Assembly: GCA_002269645.1 (NCBI GenBank)
Contig: NIVC01000508.1
Coordinates: forward strand, 184,189-248,188
DNA from: Macrostomum lignano
Lineage: Eukaryota
DNA length: 64,000 bases
Direction: 5' to 3'
Of the stretch, positions 48,112-60,846 are shown piece after piece; the first letter of the stretch is position 1; each line of letters opens with the position of its first letter. The notes below the pieces were generated by a model that made no database searches, was not told the origin of the DNA, and saw nothing but the letters and a program-made list of their open reading frames with translations. A program made the position numbers and the translations under genes.

Positions 48112-48779
48112 TTTGCGTGTGTTGCAATCGGTGAAGGCATTAACTAAACTTTTTGAAGCCGTGTTAGACTCTTAGTCTGATTAATTAATTTCATCTTTTT
48201 TCTTGCCTTGATTTTTATTTCTAGCGCTTGATTTTGCTTAGTTTTTTATTTAATCAACAGTATTTTTAAGTCACTTTAAGCAACATTGGTGCGCAGTTTA
48301 GATCGAAGTTAGATTAGGATAAGTTGAGCTTTGTTATTGTTAGCGTTGTCGTTTACTAGGTAGGCTTTTACTTTAAGCTAATAATAATTATAACGGTTTA
48401 TGCCATCTGCTCCCTGGCTAGAGTTTAGCTATTTTAAATGGATTATCTTATTACTTCTCTCCTTACCCCTCTCGTCTTTACTTTACGACCAACCATGCCA
48501 CTTCACTGGTCTGTTCTTATTTTCTTATCTGTCTCCTTCATTCTTATTGGCTGTCAAGTGTGGGCTTCCCGATTATTTTTCGTGAACTGGGGTAGCGCTC
48601 TTGTGTTTAATCGATATTCTAGCCCACCTCACGCCTCCCCTAGTACAGTCTGGTACCCTTTCCTTATTTCGTTATCTGGCTGTCTATTTAGTGTAAAAAT
48701 GTAGGAAAGGATTTGTGCCCTTACGGTTGCGTCTTTATAAACCTCACTCCGATTAAAGAATCCAAGACCCGTCGTGTCT

Positions 48780-49474
48780 ATGTACTTTACATTTCTGTAC
48801 ATTTGTACTTACTGTACATTTCGCCGATTCTCGTTTCGCCGATTTTCGATTCGCCGACATTATCATTTCGCCCATTCTCGTTTCGCCGAAATTAATTTAA
48901 TAACCATCTGGACATTAGACCATAGACAACTACACTAATGCAAATGTGATTTAGATGTCTACTATGGCTTGAAAAATAAAGTATTGTATTAGTAATATTG
49001 CGCGAGTATTTACCTGTTCGATTAGCCTTTTTGCAGCTTAATTTCGTTAGCTTACCACCAGCATTACGAGCGTAGTTTTAACTCATTCAATTCAGAAGTC
49101 AATGCAATAAAACCACTTATTCATTTCACCAGAAAAGCCACTAGAAACAATTTCAATCGGCATTTTTTGTAATTCACAACCTCCTACCATACATATATAC
49201 CACTGGCTATAGACTTTTTACCATAGACTATGCAGAAGGAAGAATTCTTAATTTTAACTTTATTTTTCAAGCCATAAACATCTAAATCACATTTGTATTA
49301 GTGTAGTTGTCCATGGTTTGATGTCCAGATGGTTGTGAAATTAATTTCGGCGAAACGAGAATCGGCAAAATGAGAATGTCGGCGAAACGAGAATCGGCAA
49401 AATGAGATTCGGCGAAACGAGAATCGGCAAAATGAGATTCGGCGAAACGAGAATCGGCGAAATGAGAGGCACCC
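48780..49474. mobile_element. MULE-type MITE with long TIRs
   Basis: About 170-bp inverted arms with TTCGCCGA/TCGGCGAA repeats; 9-bp TSD GTCGTGTCT (48771-48779 and 49475-49483); left terminus altered. Confidence 0.85.
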
Positions 49475-50226
49475 GTCGTGTCTGTCACTTGTTTGTCTAT
49501 TAATCGTAACGATTGTCCTTTATTCCAAAAAAGAATCAAATTATTCGTCTACAAATAAAAAAGTTGACAATAAATAAGCTTTTCGTGTACACTCATCCCA
49601 TTGATAAAAGTAAATTAAAATTTAAACTTAAACAAGATCCTCGATAAAATCAACTTATCCTTTAGCAAAAACCTTTTTAGGCTTAGAAGTCGCAGTAGTT
49701 TCTGAATTTTTAGCGCTGCATCTTTTTTATTATTCTCACTTTTCTTAGTTTTACCATCTGTTAGAACAAAAAAATCACGGATTTTAATTATACAAGTATT
49801 CGACGCAAGTTTCAATTTATTTTCCCTGAACGATGAATATGTGCCAATATTAGTCAAATTCGTCAAAAGGCTTCTATTCTTCATTGATTGTTTTTAAGTG
49901 ACTGAGCTAATAAAAGGCCTTTTCCATTTTATAATTGCTTATATTCTATGTATAAAATTTACAATTTACAGAATCAAGACTTTTCGTGTTCTTTATACTC
50001 TCCATTTTTTATTTAATTAAAAAATAAAAATATACATATTCAGTTCTACTTTCAGGCTCGAGTAGCAAGTCGATATTTTCTTTTTGATTTTATGTGCTAG
50101 CCTTCATTTGCTTTTTTAAAGGATAGAAATATAGATATAGCAACAAATATGATCATAATAGATGTCCAGTCAGCTGTCCATGTTCACATACTAAGCATAC
50201 GAACCCAATCAATTGTTATACCGCAG

Positions 50227-53200
50227 GCGCCCCAATCGGAGCCCACGTCGGCCTCTAATTCTGTCCTGCCGAACAGGCCGGAACAGACACAATCACCGCA
50301 GACACCGCCGACTCCAGATTGGTTACGATCAGGGCAATCATCGGCTCAATTAATGCAATCAGCTGGCCAAAGGTCGCAGACGATTCGCTATCAAAACCGT
50401 CCTAGTCAAATTTTGACTGCCAACGAAAATGAAATCCTGTTTAGCTTGCTTGGCGATCGTTGTACAGCCTTAGCAACCACAGTTTGTAGATTGTTCTTCA
50501 GTAAACATGGCCGCTGGAAGCTAAAGTGCACTTGCGTCCTTTCTTTTGTTCGCGACGCTAATCGACGCTCATTTTTTTTACGTTTCTACAATATATATGA
50601 GCGCAGCTTGATTTTTGAACAGGAGATCTATCAGGGCATGGAATATGAACGTGTGGACCCAACATTGTACCAGTTTGAAGCCGACGATAAAGTTGTGGCT
50701 GTAAACTTTATGGAAAGCGAAATTGGACGAGCTGAAGCTGAAGAAATAGCCAATCATCTTAATCACCAAGTTACGCGAATGGGTCTTCGCGAGGATATTC
50801 CGGAGCCTCTATCAAGCCCATCAGCGGACAGCTCAGAAGGCAAAAACGGTAAAAAGAAGAAAAAAGGCAAGGAAAGCGCTGAGAAGCCTCCAAAAATTAA
50901 AACTGGCGCCCGACCCTATTGGAATAAGTTTTCAGACACTGTGGACAGTGCATCTAGTGCGCCATGGCAATCATAAAGTGGCCTGGACGGTGCGTCATGA
51001 CAATCTTCAAATCCTAAGGTGGTATGGACGCCATAGTCAGGAAGGTGGCAGAGTGTGCGCCGGAACAAATTTTGGCCTCTCCCAAAATTGTGCGCCGTGC
51101 GCCGACACAAAAACCCTCGTGTGCGCCGTTGTGCGCCCGCCACTACCTGCCTTGCGACAATAAAAGACCTTTTTTTACAACATAGCAACAATTTTTGTGC
51201 GCCAATATACGGGACGGTTACGGGCTATCTATATTATATTATGAGAAATTGAGATCGTTAAACCGAAAATAGAAATTTAAAAAATTTTTAATTAAATTTC
51301 TAATTTTTAAAACAAAACAAACATAAAAAGTAAGCAAATGGCAAAAACAAAGGTAAAAAGGAAAAGGAAAATATTTTATTTTATTTTTTATTTTTTGGTA
51401 GAATGCAGTGTTACATTAGATAGAACAGTGAATAGTGTACTGTAACAAGTAACGACTTACATCGTTACATGGGATCGCCACAAGGGTAACGCTGCATGTG
51501 GCGCGGCGCCCGCCGCGCTGCGCCGCCATGCGCCGGTGTCCTCTGGTATGCGCCGTTGTGCGCCACTGTGCGCCAGTGCGCGTTTACAAGTTTACAAGTT
51601 TTACTTACAGTTTGCTGAATTTCCACCGTGCTGCTGACTTTCTCCTGTGCATGCTTCTCATCCTTGTTCAGCAGCGCTGTATGTAGCGCGTGATGTCCTC
51701 CTTGCATCTTACCTGTGAGCTGCTGTGCGTCATGGCGCATGGCGCGCGTAGCGCGCCATGCGCCATGACTATGAGGAAAAAGAAAAAGTGCGCCGGACGC
51801 CGTCCGCGAAAATACCACTTATTCCAATAGGGGCGCCCGACTGAAAGCATTCTTCAAGCGGCACAAGCCAGGCAGGAGCAAGGACCGGGATAAGACTGTC
51901 GAAGGCGCCGGCAAAAGCAAGAAAATCCGCCCCGAGGATATTAGCGGTCCAACTGATTCGCGTCACGTCTTACACGTTGGGTACAACGATGCTCAAAACA
52001 AAGACGCCAAGTACGAGCTGGACATCGCTAAGGATCCCGCGTTGAGGTTCCTGCTTGGAAAACTTGGCTACGATTTAGATAAGACTGCGCAGTCAAGTTA
52101 TGGCAGGGAGCAAATCGCAAAAGTTGTGAACAGCATAGGCGGTATGGAGCAGGTGTACGCAGCTGCCGCTTCCCAAGGCTTTGATTCTCCGATGACACCT
52201 GTGTCCCAGATGAGCGCCCGTTCTCGAGCGTCCGAGAGCTTCTATGAGACTACACCACCTGTTCTGCGCGTGCACACAGACAGACAAGAAAGTCCAATCC
52301 ACAGCACTCCGAGTCGAGGGAATGACACAACGGCTTCTGCACCTGGCAGTCCTGAAAGCAGTGAAAAACTGAAGATGAGCGCCCGTTCTGCAGGGTCCGA
52401 TAGCTACTGTTTGAGTACACCTGCTGTTCCGAGCGTTCACGCACAGACACCCGAAAGTCCAAGTAAAAGCTTTCTGAGTCGAGGGAATGACACAAAGGCA
52501 TCACCTGGCAGTCCTGACAACAGTGAAAGCAGTCCGTTTGGCCAATCCAATGATCCATTGAATGCGGCCTTGCGGGCCTTCAAGCATGACAAGTTGAAGA
52601 ATGTCAAAAAGACGAACGCTACTCCGACAGGAGAGATACCTCCCGCTCCGCCGCCGCCTCCTCCGCCTCCACCACCGCCTCCACCCTTCGGCGCCAAGAA
52701 ATCTGGCGGTAACATCCCACCTGCTCCGCCGCCTCCTCCGCCCCCTCCTCCCCCGCCTCCGCCCTTTGGCGCCAAAAAATCTGGTAGTAACATCCCGCCT
52801 GCTCCGCCGCCGCCTCCACCCCCTCCACCACCGCCTCCGCCCTTTGGTGCCAAGACATCTGGTGGTAACATCCCACCTGCTCCGCCGCCTCCTCCACCCC
52901 CTCCACCACCGCCTCCGCCCATCGTTATCAAGAAAGGTGGCGGAAACATCCCACCTGCTCCGCCGGCACCGCCCGGACCTAATCTTCCCCCCGGCGCAGT
53001 GGCCATGCCAGGCATTGGGGGCGGTGGCTTAACTGCTGAGACGATGCAGCTTGGCAGAGCAAAATTGAATCCGGTTGGCAATCGCAATCTTCCTGAACGG
53101 AAGGTAGAAAAGAACCCTGCTACTAATCATGACTGCGTTGTGAATGAAATAAAAGGTGCTTTTGTCAACGCGAAGGGCAGTTCCAGTCCCGATGTGGACG

Positions 53201-53448
53201 AATTTAAAAAGGATGACGAAAGCGATTCTGGGGTCGACAATAGTCCAATCTGTTATAAGAACGTGTTCAAGACGATAAACCAGGGCAAAGGGCCACGCGC
53301 CGTTCCGCCTAAGCCAACGACCGCAGAGCCTGACAAAAATGATATTGTGAATGCCTTGAGCAAAGCTTTAGACGAAATAAATAAGGCTCAACATGGCAGT
53401 GACGACTCTGATGATGATGATGAAGAAGACAGCGAATGGGATGACTGA
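50227..53448 (+). pseudogene. WASP: WASP/N-WASP-family gene, copy A, interrupted by a transposon
   Basis: Acceptor at 50226; WH1 domain (LLGDRC..FVRDANRRSFFLRFY..FEQEIY..FEADD); CRIB (ISGPTDSRHVLHVG); poly-Pro; WH2-like; acidic EDSEWDD end. Removing 50915-51831 plus one TSD restores one continuous frame. Confidence 0.88.
50915..51831. mobile_element. 917-bp non-autonomous DNA transposon inside the WASP-A exon
   Basis: TIRs CCTATTGGAATAAG / CTTATTCCAATAGG; TSD GGCGCCCGAC (10 bp, or 8 bp if the termini are CCC/GGG); TGCGCC-rich subterminal repeats; absent from copy B. Superfamily uncertain. Confidence 0.92.
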
Positions 53449-54372
53449 TTCCGACTTTCCTTTCCGTATTTAAGATTAACCGTCAATTGGCAGACAGAAA
53501 CACGCACTTTGAGCAAGTTCTGTGACAAATCGTAAATGCAATGCCAGCTATTCTGCGACGAGTCTTGACTTTTGATGCCGTCTTGTTGGTCTAATTTAAA
53601 AAAAAAACAAGTTTCTGTTATGTTTGAAACACGCCGCGCGAATAACTTCTGTTAAATAAAAATTTTCCCACTTGCATTTTCGTTATCAAAAACTGCATTT
53701 GTTTTTGCCGTCGATTTTAGTTTAGTTGATTCATTCCGATAAGTTTGATCAGCTGATAAACTTATTTCTGATGCATGCTGCATGCATATCGCATTTTGTT
53801 TTTCTTTTAATGAACTCGATATGGCTTTCATTTTACCCGATTTTGCTCGGGGGCTTTGCTGTTTGGGGGGCAAGTTTTTGTGTTTACTACTACGAGTATT
53901 TGATAAAAAAATTGAAAGAGCTATTTTGATTTTAGTTTAAAGAATATCATTGTCTTTGGTTTTATTTATTTTATATATTTTTTTCGTTTTTCTCTAGTGT
54001 CGCTACTATTTAAATGAATTCGACTGTGGCAATTATCAAGCTTCTGAAAGTTATCCTTCTGTTCTTATCTCTGCTCTGTTTCGCTGAGCGCCTGCTCTTT
54101 GCATTCTTCATCAATTTAAAAAAACCTTTCAAGCTAGTTTGCCTAACATCATTTATCACCTCACTTCAACCGTTTTCACTTTTTGTCATTCTGACACGTA
54201 TCAGACACACAAAGAATGGGTCAGTGTCACTGTTAAGTCTAAATAAATGATGTTAGACGCTAACTATATTAAAGAGACTGGTACTCTAGACTTCTACACT
54301 TCGCATGTTTCAATAATCTGATGCATTTTCGTTGCAGCTAATTCGATTAAACTTCAAACCACTTTATTCAAG

Positions 54373-55867
54373 ATGGGTGCCGGAGTCAAAGGTAAGTCTT
54401 GAATTTGACTTTGAAACTTGATTAGTAAATAATCTACTTTTCATTCGATTTTACAGGTATCATTCTACTGTCATTTTCCGCCTCGGTCGGTCTTACCTTT
54501 CTATTGTTGGCTTGCGCACTGCCTCAGTATGGGTGAGTTTTGTTTGTTTAACTAATTGATTGTACTTTTACTGCTCGTTTTACTGCATTGGCCCTGTTTA
54601 CTATATGATTTATATCACAGTCAGGCTGAGAAAATGCGTTCATTTTATTCAAAAAGCACTCGAGATTACGCAAAGCAAAATTTATCTGCTCGGATTTCTG
54701 ACTTTTTTTCTGACAGTCCAATGTCCATTTTATAGCCTATGGCTAAAATTTGTCAGACAGAACCACAGATACTAAAATAACCAGATGGCCCACTCAGGCA
54801 TATATACTTAGTAAAACAGCTTTCTACTTTCAGTTCAGTAGCAAAGAAGAATGCATAAGCTATTTTATAAACAAAGGCAGCTGAAATCACTTTGATAAGT
54901 TTAGAAGCCCAAGCTTGCAGGCGTAAACAACTTGCTAATTGGTTCGGCAATGATGTACATTGGCCAGTGCACTGAAATGTACATGGCAGCTTTAGGCTGG
55001 AATTTCCAAGAAAGGCAGTTAAAATTGGGGCGGGCGGGGCGGGGGTAGATTGGAAAGAAAAGCGCGGCGCTGGAGGTTTAATTGGGGCCGGGGGTAAAAG
55101 CCAATAAAGGAACCTTATCTTTAAAGCTTCCGTTTAAATTGCTACTGAACAGTACTGAAAGTAGCTTACACGCAAATGTGCTGAGTGGCCCATCTAGTTA
55201 TTCTAGAATCTGTGGACAGAACGAAACCATGGCGTCTGCGACATGTAAAACCTTGATATAAATATCCGTAATGTCTTAAACTAGACGATAGGGATATTGA
55301 AAAGATGGCTAAGCAGAGTTTCGAGCAACGATTTGTACTTTCGATAAGGAGCCCATAAATAAATTATTTTAATTGCAGTGTTATATGCATTTATGCTTTC
55401 CTTCTGGTCTAAAGCAACGAGAATATTTATGAAATAACGGTTAAAAATCAGGAGTATAATGTAGAAAACAGAAAATGAAAAAAATTTCCGCAGACACTGA
55501 AAACAGTGATTGCGCCGTCTTACACATCGCCCACGCAACCCTCCAATCCGTTAGAATGTGGTGGCCAATGTTTGTGCTAATTTTCTACCTGTTGGCTCCG
55601 GTGCCCTACCTGTTAGCCAAGCGCATTTCGGACTCGACATCAACGTCTGGCGTCGCCTGGGAGACCGCAATATTTCTCACCTCGGTCCTGGTGGTGTCGG
55701 CCTACGGCTTGCCCATAGTGCTGGCCCACACTCCAATTGGTAAACCGGCTATCCAATGGGGCGCTTGCGCTCTCGTACTGTCCGGCAATACCGTCATGTT
55801 TCTCACTATTCTGGGATTCTTTCTAGTATTCCGCGACAATGACGGATTCTCTTATTCGGCTTGGTGA
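54373..55867 (+). CDS. LEPROTL1: Leptin receptor overlapping transcript-like / Vps55 family protein, 3 exons, 135 aa
   Basis: Exons 54373-54391, 54457-54532 and 55555-55867, phases 1 and 2. MGAGVKGIILLSF..LACALP..WWPMFVLIFY..AIFLTS..SAYGLPIV..IQWGACALVLSGNTV..LGFFLVF matches the family; LEPROT versus LEPROTL1 orthology is not resolved. Confidence 0.92.
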
Positions 55868-56050
55868 TTGGCTGTAACTGATACTAATACCTAAGATTTT
55901 GTACTTTTTGCCTCATATCTATTCTCTTTTATGTTGTGCAACCGGTTTTTCGCTTGCACTAAAACGTATATCTTACCTGAAATTCTTGGAGCCAAATACT
56001 TTTCTGAGCTCACTAAAACTCATCCCTGAGTTCACATGATTGGTCTATAC

Positions 56051-56400
56051 CACCATGGACATCCTGAACACACCATGGACATCCTGAACCCACCATGGAC
56101 ATCCTGAACACACCATGGACATCCTAAACCCACCAAAAACATCCTGAGCCCACCATGGACATTGTGAACCAACCATGTACATCCCGAACCAACCATAGAC
56201 ATCCTGAGCCCATCATGGACATCCTAAGCACCCCATGGACATCCTGAACCCACTATGGACATCCGAAACATATCATAGACATCCTGAACCCACCATGGAC
56301 ATTCTGAATCGAACATGGACATCCTGAACCCACCATGGACATTCTGAACCCAACATGGACATCCTGAATCCACTATGGACAACCTGAAGTCCTGAACCTA
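56051..56400. repeat. 20-bp minisatellite, about 17 copies
   Basis: Unit CACCATGGACATCCTGAAC(A/C). Confidence 0.93.
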
Positions 56401-58725
56401 CCATAGGCATTCTTAGTCCATCATAAGCATCATTGAAGCCACCTTAAGGACTTGAACCTATCGTGGGAATTCTAGGCTCGCTTCAAGTTTTTGATTATGC
56501 TGTTTTTTTTATTTCAACTTCAGTTTCAACACTGCTTCTCTGACAGATGGTACGAGAATCGCGCTTTAAAAATTCTCATCTGTTACAGTTATTTCTATTT
56601 TTGTACATTGTTTTTTATATGGCTTCACATGCATTAACTTTGCGCTGTGTAATTGTGATTATTCAGTGCTGTAAAATTTCATTGTACCAAACAGATTGTA
56701 TACTATTCACAAAATAAAAATTATGAAAAAACCACGCGTTTAAATTCGCCGCTTCAAGCATATAGGAATGGATGCATTGACGTAAGTTGTTTGTTTATCC
56801 GTTCGAATTATAATTGTTTAAGTTTGTGTTTCGTTTTAGTTAATTTTTGCTTTATTTCCAATCATTAATCAAATGGCCTGTTTTTCGATTTTTAGGCTCT
56901 AAGCTTAACCTTTTCAAACTCGGAGGCCACATTTAAATGTTGATAACTTTAAAGCTGTACACGTGTTAAAGTTTAAAAAAATCAAGCTTGCTTGAGAACT
57001 TGAGCTTGAGATGAACCATGTTAATGAAGTTTTAAGTTTCCCAGTTAAATTTGTGCCATGTTCAAAGCACAAAACGGAATAGGAATGCTCTTTGTCAGGA
57101 ATTTAGTCATAATCATCTGAGCAGTGTTGCACAGCGTTGTTAAAAACAGTAACTTTAACTAGGGGCAAAAACGTTATAGTGTTGAAATAAAAAATAAGTA
57201 ACTTTCTAACAGCACACTTCGTTAAAAATGGAAAAACTATAGAGCTCTCCCTCCCCTGTTGCAGCCAACAATCGCCCGCGCCAGCCACCCATGCAGTGCG
57301 CACCAAGGTACATCTACCAAGTGTGCCAGTAGCATTACTGCTAGTAGTATATACTTATTTGAGTATATTGTGATTGCACAATTGATCTGAAATTTAAAAT
57401 AACAGCTTTCTAAGAAAGGTAAGCCGATGATGTCTAAAATAACTGTCGTCAGTGGGACGACGAAGTGTGAAAAATACTGTAGGAAATCTAGAAAAAGAAG
57501 TAACAAGGTAATGGAAGGCGACAAAGAGTTTCGCAAAATTGCTATTCCCTTACCTAAAAAATTAACGATGGTCCGTTGATTATTCTAAAAAAAGCATCAA
57601 CTCTTATTAACGGAAACGTGTCCAACACTGCAGCTGAACACATTGGCTCGCCAAACCTGCAGAGGTTACGAGTAAAAATCACGGCTATATTCCACTATGA
57701 ACAGGCGTCCTACGTTTATTCGCTATACGTTTTATGCGAGTTTTTATAAAAATATTTCGGATTTTTTACCAGCAAATTTTACATAAATTAAAAGTAGAAA
57801 ACATTTCAACAAATTGGCCATTTCAGTCGTGCGTCGTTAACACAGTGACAGAAGCAGCTACGAGATGGCCTGGCACACTACATGTATATGGTTCATCCAG
57901 TGACTATATTTACATTTATCAATGTCTGACGACTTGTTCTTTTTCTTATATTACTGTTTTCAATTAGTGCATTTTACATGTAGGAATTTCCCAATTTTCC
58001 AGCTCATAGTTTTATAGCTCCGTGAAGGCTAACTTTGTTTACAACTATAAAATTCCACGATATTTGACTGCCAGCCTGCCTTTTTGTATGCCTTTACAGT
58101 GTAACCAACATTGCACACTAGATTTCCCCTTACAGGCATGCCAATGGATAGTGTTGCATTTACCTACACTGGCAGTCTAATGACCAAAGCGCGTCTCATC
58201 GACACTGAAGCCTTCTACGGCAATTTGGATCTGCTTCTGTTTTCCTAGCCTAACCCCTCACCAGCTTCAAGTCCAGTCACCCGGTCGAACAACTTCGCAC
58301 CTCAGCCCGCCCTATTGCACGCTGTCTGTTTAAATCTGAATAAATTTATTGCACTAGTACCAATCCTTTACCGTTTCAAGCCTACGTATTTAAATCAATC
58401 GTATACAAAATGTTGTCCTAGGCTCTTGCACAACTGTACAGTGTTTAAATTGGGATCGTTAAAAATACACTGCAAAAAAAGTGATTTTCTTGTTGACGAC
58501 AATATTGTCACGGTGTTTTATCTTTTGATTGAATATGATTAATTACTAGCATTGCTTTCGCATATGAAATTAGTAATTAGTCTACTTGTCTGGATCGTAC
58601 AGTCACAGTCGCTTATTTTTTACTCGCTGTTACCTTTAATAATTATAGGGTCCAAACGATATTTTACCTGACATTTTTATCCCGTATTGTTTATAGATTA
58701 CATACTGTTTCGCTTTTCACTTCAG

Positions 58726-60846
58726 GCGCCCAATTCGCAGCTCGTGTCCTCTTCGAACATGAGGGGTGCGAATTCTGACACGGTGCCCCCAGTCGCCACT
58801 GCAGTCGCCTCAGTCGCCTGAGTCACCTCGCTTTCAGAACTATCGGAGCCGACTGTTAAGTCCCATTGAGACCGGCATACTGTTCAACTTGCTGGGCGAT
58901 CGCTGCACCGCCCTAGCAGCCACCGTGTCTCAAATATTTTACGCTCAACAGGGCCGCTGGGTGCCGAAGGAGACTGGCGTTCTCTGCTTCGTTCGCGACG
59001 CTAATCGTCGCTCGTTTTTCCTACGCTTCTACGATATAATCAGACGCCAATTGAAATTTGAGCAAGAGATCTATCAGGGCATGGAATACGAAAGCCAAGA
59101 CGACACATTTCACCAGTTTGAAGCAGACGATCAAGTTGTGGGGTTCAACTTTGAAAATACGGAAATCGGACGCGCTGAAGCTGCTGAGATCGCCAATCAG
59201 CTCAATCAACAAGTTGAGCGGATGGGCCTTCGAGAGGCAACTCCGGAGCCTCTGTCAAGCCCCTCTTCAGGGCCCAGCAGTTCAGGTACGCCTGGAGTTG
59301 GCAAAAGTCCCAACGTTAAAAGCAGCAAGAAGAAAAAGGGAAAAGACAAGGAAAGCACAGATAATTCTCCGAAAATGAAGACGGGCGCCCGACTGAAGGC
59401 ATTCTTCAAGCGGCACAAGCCAGGCAGGAGCAAGGACCGGGATAAGACCGCAGATGGCGCCGGCAAAAGCAAGAAAATCCGCCCCGAGGATATTAGCGGT
59501 CCGACTAACGTGCGCCACGTGTTACACGTTGGGTACAACGATACTCAAAAGACAGGCGCCCAGTACCAGATGGACATCGCTAAGGATCCGGCATTGAAGT
59601 TCCTGCTTGGAAAACTTGGCCATGATTTGGATAAGACTGTGCAGTCAAGTCATGGCAGGGAGCAAATTTCAGAAATTGTGAACAGCATAGGCGGTATGGA
59701 ACAGGTACACGCGGTTGCCGCTGCTGAAGGCTTTGATTCTCCGATGACACCTGTGTCCCAGATGAGCGCCCGTTCTCCAGCGTCCGAGAGCTTATATGAG
59801 GCTACACCACCTGTTCTACGCGTGCACACAGACAGACAAGAAAGTCCAATTCACAGCACTCCGAGTCGAGGGAATGACACAACGGCTTCTGCACCTGGCA
59901 GTCCTGAAAGCAGTGAAAAACTGAAGATGAGCGCCCGTTCTCCAGGGTCCGATAGCTACTGTTTGAGTACACCTGCTGTTCCGAGCGTTCACGCACAGAC
60001 ACCCGAAAGTCCAAGTAAAAGCTTTCTGAGTCGAGGGAATGACACAATGGCATCACCTGGCAGTCCTGACAACAGTGAAAGCAGTCCGTTTGGCCAATCC
60101 AATGATCCATTGAATGCGGCCTTGCGGGCCTTCAAGCATGACAAGTTGAAGAATGTCAAAAAGACGAACGCTACTCCGACAGGAGAGATACCTCCCGCTC
60201 CGCCGCCGCCTCCTCCGCCTCCTCCACCGCCTCCGCCCTTCGGCGCCAAGACATCTGGTGGTAACATCCCACCTGCTCCGCCGCCTCCTCCACCCCCTCC
60301 ACCACCGCCTCCGCCCATCGTCATCAAGAAAGGTGGCGGGCCCATCCCACCTGCTCCACCGGCACCGCCTGGACCTAATCTTCCTCCCGGCGCAGTGGCC
60401 ATGCCAGGCATTGGTGGCGGCGGCTTGACTGCTGAGACGATGCAGCTTGGCAGAGCGAAATTGAATCCGGTTGGCAATCGCAATCTTCCTGAACGGAAGG
60501 TAGAAAAGAACCCTGTTACTAATCAAGACTGCGTTGTGAATGAAATGAAAAGGAAGCTAGCCAATCGGAAGGGCAGTTCCAGTCCGGTTGTGGACAAATT
60601 CGACAAGGATAAAGACACATCAAAAGAAGAAGAAGAAGAAGAAGCTCCCACAAATTTTAAGGACATCTTAAATAAGTTCAAGAAGACGGATAAGACGCCT
60701 GCGCCCGGTACAAAAATTGCCACTGACAATCAGCGAGCCGAGCTGTTGAGTAACTTGAAATCTGCTGTGAATAAAATTGACTCGGGGAGAAGGACGGTAC
60801 AGAGTCTGATGATGATGATGAGGACGAAAGCGAATGGGAAGACTAA
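58726..60846 (+). CDS. WASP: WASP/N-WASP-family gene, copy B; two apparent 1-nt frameshifts
   Basis: Acceptor at 58725; WH1-basic-CRIB (ISGPTNVRHVLHVG)-polyPro-WH2-like-C. The acidic tail DGTESDDDDEDESEWED* (stop 60844-60846) lies in another frame after G4 at 60784-60787. The N-terminal frame is offset at C5 58786-58790. Confidence 0.85.
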
